A stretch of DNA of 35,141 nt. Origin: Octopus bimaculoides. Lineage: Eukaryota. The stretch is from assembly GCF_001194135.2 (NCBI RefSeq), contig NC_068988.1:81154956-81190096 (forward strand), written 5' to 3'. Each line of letters starts with the position of its first letter. Positions within the stretch are counted from its first letter, which is position 1. Made by a program: the position numbers and the translations under genes. The notes beneath the pieces are model-generated. The model saw only the letters and a list, made by a program, of their open reading frames with translations. It searched no databases and was not told where the DNA came from. Below, in pieces: positions 33,856 through 35,141 of this stretch.

Positions 33856-34496
33856 ATGATATTTAAACATATTAACTGTAATGTGGAGTACTGGTGTTAC
33901 TGAGCCATCATTTGTCATTGTTCACTTTTATGGCTTGGATGAAGATTTAATTGAGGTACCATTTTACAACTAGATGCCCCTCTTGGTACCAACCTTTATC
34001 TATTTTTCAAGAAAGGAATTTTTATTCCACTCCCTTTAACAGGAGCTACATAATATTTAATGGGGATATAAGCATGATGTCACTCTTTTACTTAAACTAT
34101 GTCACACAAAAACATGTGGAAAAAACACACTCCCAGTCTGCTTCTGGTATGCAATGAGATTCTAATTAGTTTTCACTAACCAAATCCACTCACAAGGCAT
34201 TTGTCAGATACTTGCCCAAGGTGCCACACAGTTAGATACACAGTGCAGCAGTAAAGCCTCCTATATTTTATACATTCATTGGTGTGGTACTGGTGAAGTT
34301 AGGCAGGTGGTAATTATATCTTCATGTAGCTGTTTCATTGTACTTTTTCAGTTACCACCATGGTTTGGAGCGGTGCATAACTTATCAAAAATGGTAAATC
34401 CTAGCTTTTTTTTTTGCCACACTCTGTAGAACATAGTTCCAAAGTGAATTCCATGTCCATACAGCTACAGCTGTGACTGAAAAGTTTTTTCTTTTA

Positions 34497-34700
34497 TTTC
34501 TTTTACTTGTTTCAGTCATTCGACTGTGACCGTGCTGGGGCCACTACCTTGAAGGGTTTAGTCGAGCAATACTGCCATCATCAGTTAATTTTAGGTTCGG
34601 TACTTATTCTACAGTCTCTTTGGCTGAACCACTAAGTTATAAGGATGTGAGCAAACCAACTCTGGATGTCAAATGATGGTGGTGGTGGTGGTAGTGGGGA
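34497..34700 (-). mobile_element. SINE 3' fragment (32187 family)
   Basis: ttttacttgtttcagtcattcgactg...ggtacttattct...gaaccactaagtta. Confidence 0.8.
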
Positions 34701-35002
34701 ACAAATGCAATGACACACACATTATGGTCCTGATAAGGTAGAAAGCTGGAGTATTGCTTTGTCCCTGTATAAGCAACATACAACAAATGACCATTGCACT
34801 CCTTTTGATGCAAGTCTGTGTCACTCTAATGTATAAAAAGTACTTTTACAAAATACATTGGTTATGTATAGTATTGTGTAACTTTCCATATGAAATTTTT
34901 GCATGCAATGACATTAAAAAATTGGTACTGAAATAATTTTAACTGGTAATTAAAGATGTGCCAGATTCTTTCTTTGTCTTTTTTATCTGGATTATATATC
35001 AT

Positions 35003-35103
35003 CATCATCGTCGTTTAACATCCGCTTTCCATGCTAGCATGGGTTGGATGATTTGACTGAGGACTGGTGGACCACAAGGCGACACCAGGCTCCAATCTGA
35101 TTT

Positions 35104-35106
<3 letters not shown>
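35003..35106 (-). repeat. RTE 3' tail fragment followed by (TA)n
   Basis: catcatcgtcgtttaacatccgctttccatgctagcatgggttgga, as at 10432-10480. Confidence 0.85.

Positions 35107-35141
<35 letters not shown>

Overview
AT-rich, repeat-dense eukaryotic genomic DNA. From my recall of its SINE and RTE-tail families it looks like coleoid cephalopod (octopus-like) sequence; that taxon call is an inference. The only host gene I can support is a minus-strand BIVM-like gene, mostly invisible in the ORF track. It has four GT-AG-type coding exons: 31765-31660, 21430-21335, 8269 running into the N gap, and 3636-3412, plus a possible small upstream exon at 32739-32700. Start and stop lie outside the window. 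The spliced partial peptide is [78 protein letters not shown][gap]/SFQKLNEHFEVAGRGCVFLKLQGTDATNLKEDYALALLKKGLKSKQTAYIYHCEKHFLCPIGYENTPLRATDAYS. Everything else is intron filled with transposon relics (R4/Dong-like, CRE-like, RTE, CR1/Jockey-like, Tx1-like, Penelope-like, two Helitrons, mariner, hAT MITE), tRNA-derived SINEs and microsatellites. Most notable: (1) Cys->Ala at the SCG position that looks like a papain/C39-type nucleophile; (2) several fold-back structures in the pre-mRNA, including a 351-bp, ~97% identical inverted repeat near an exon; (3) an assembly gap that cuts a coding exon; (4) a ~13-unit head-to-tail SINE array. I cannot demonstrate a new biological system; the findings are testable hypotheses. 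All alignments were done by eye and family comparisons come from memory, not database searches.
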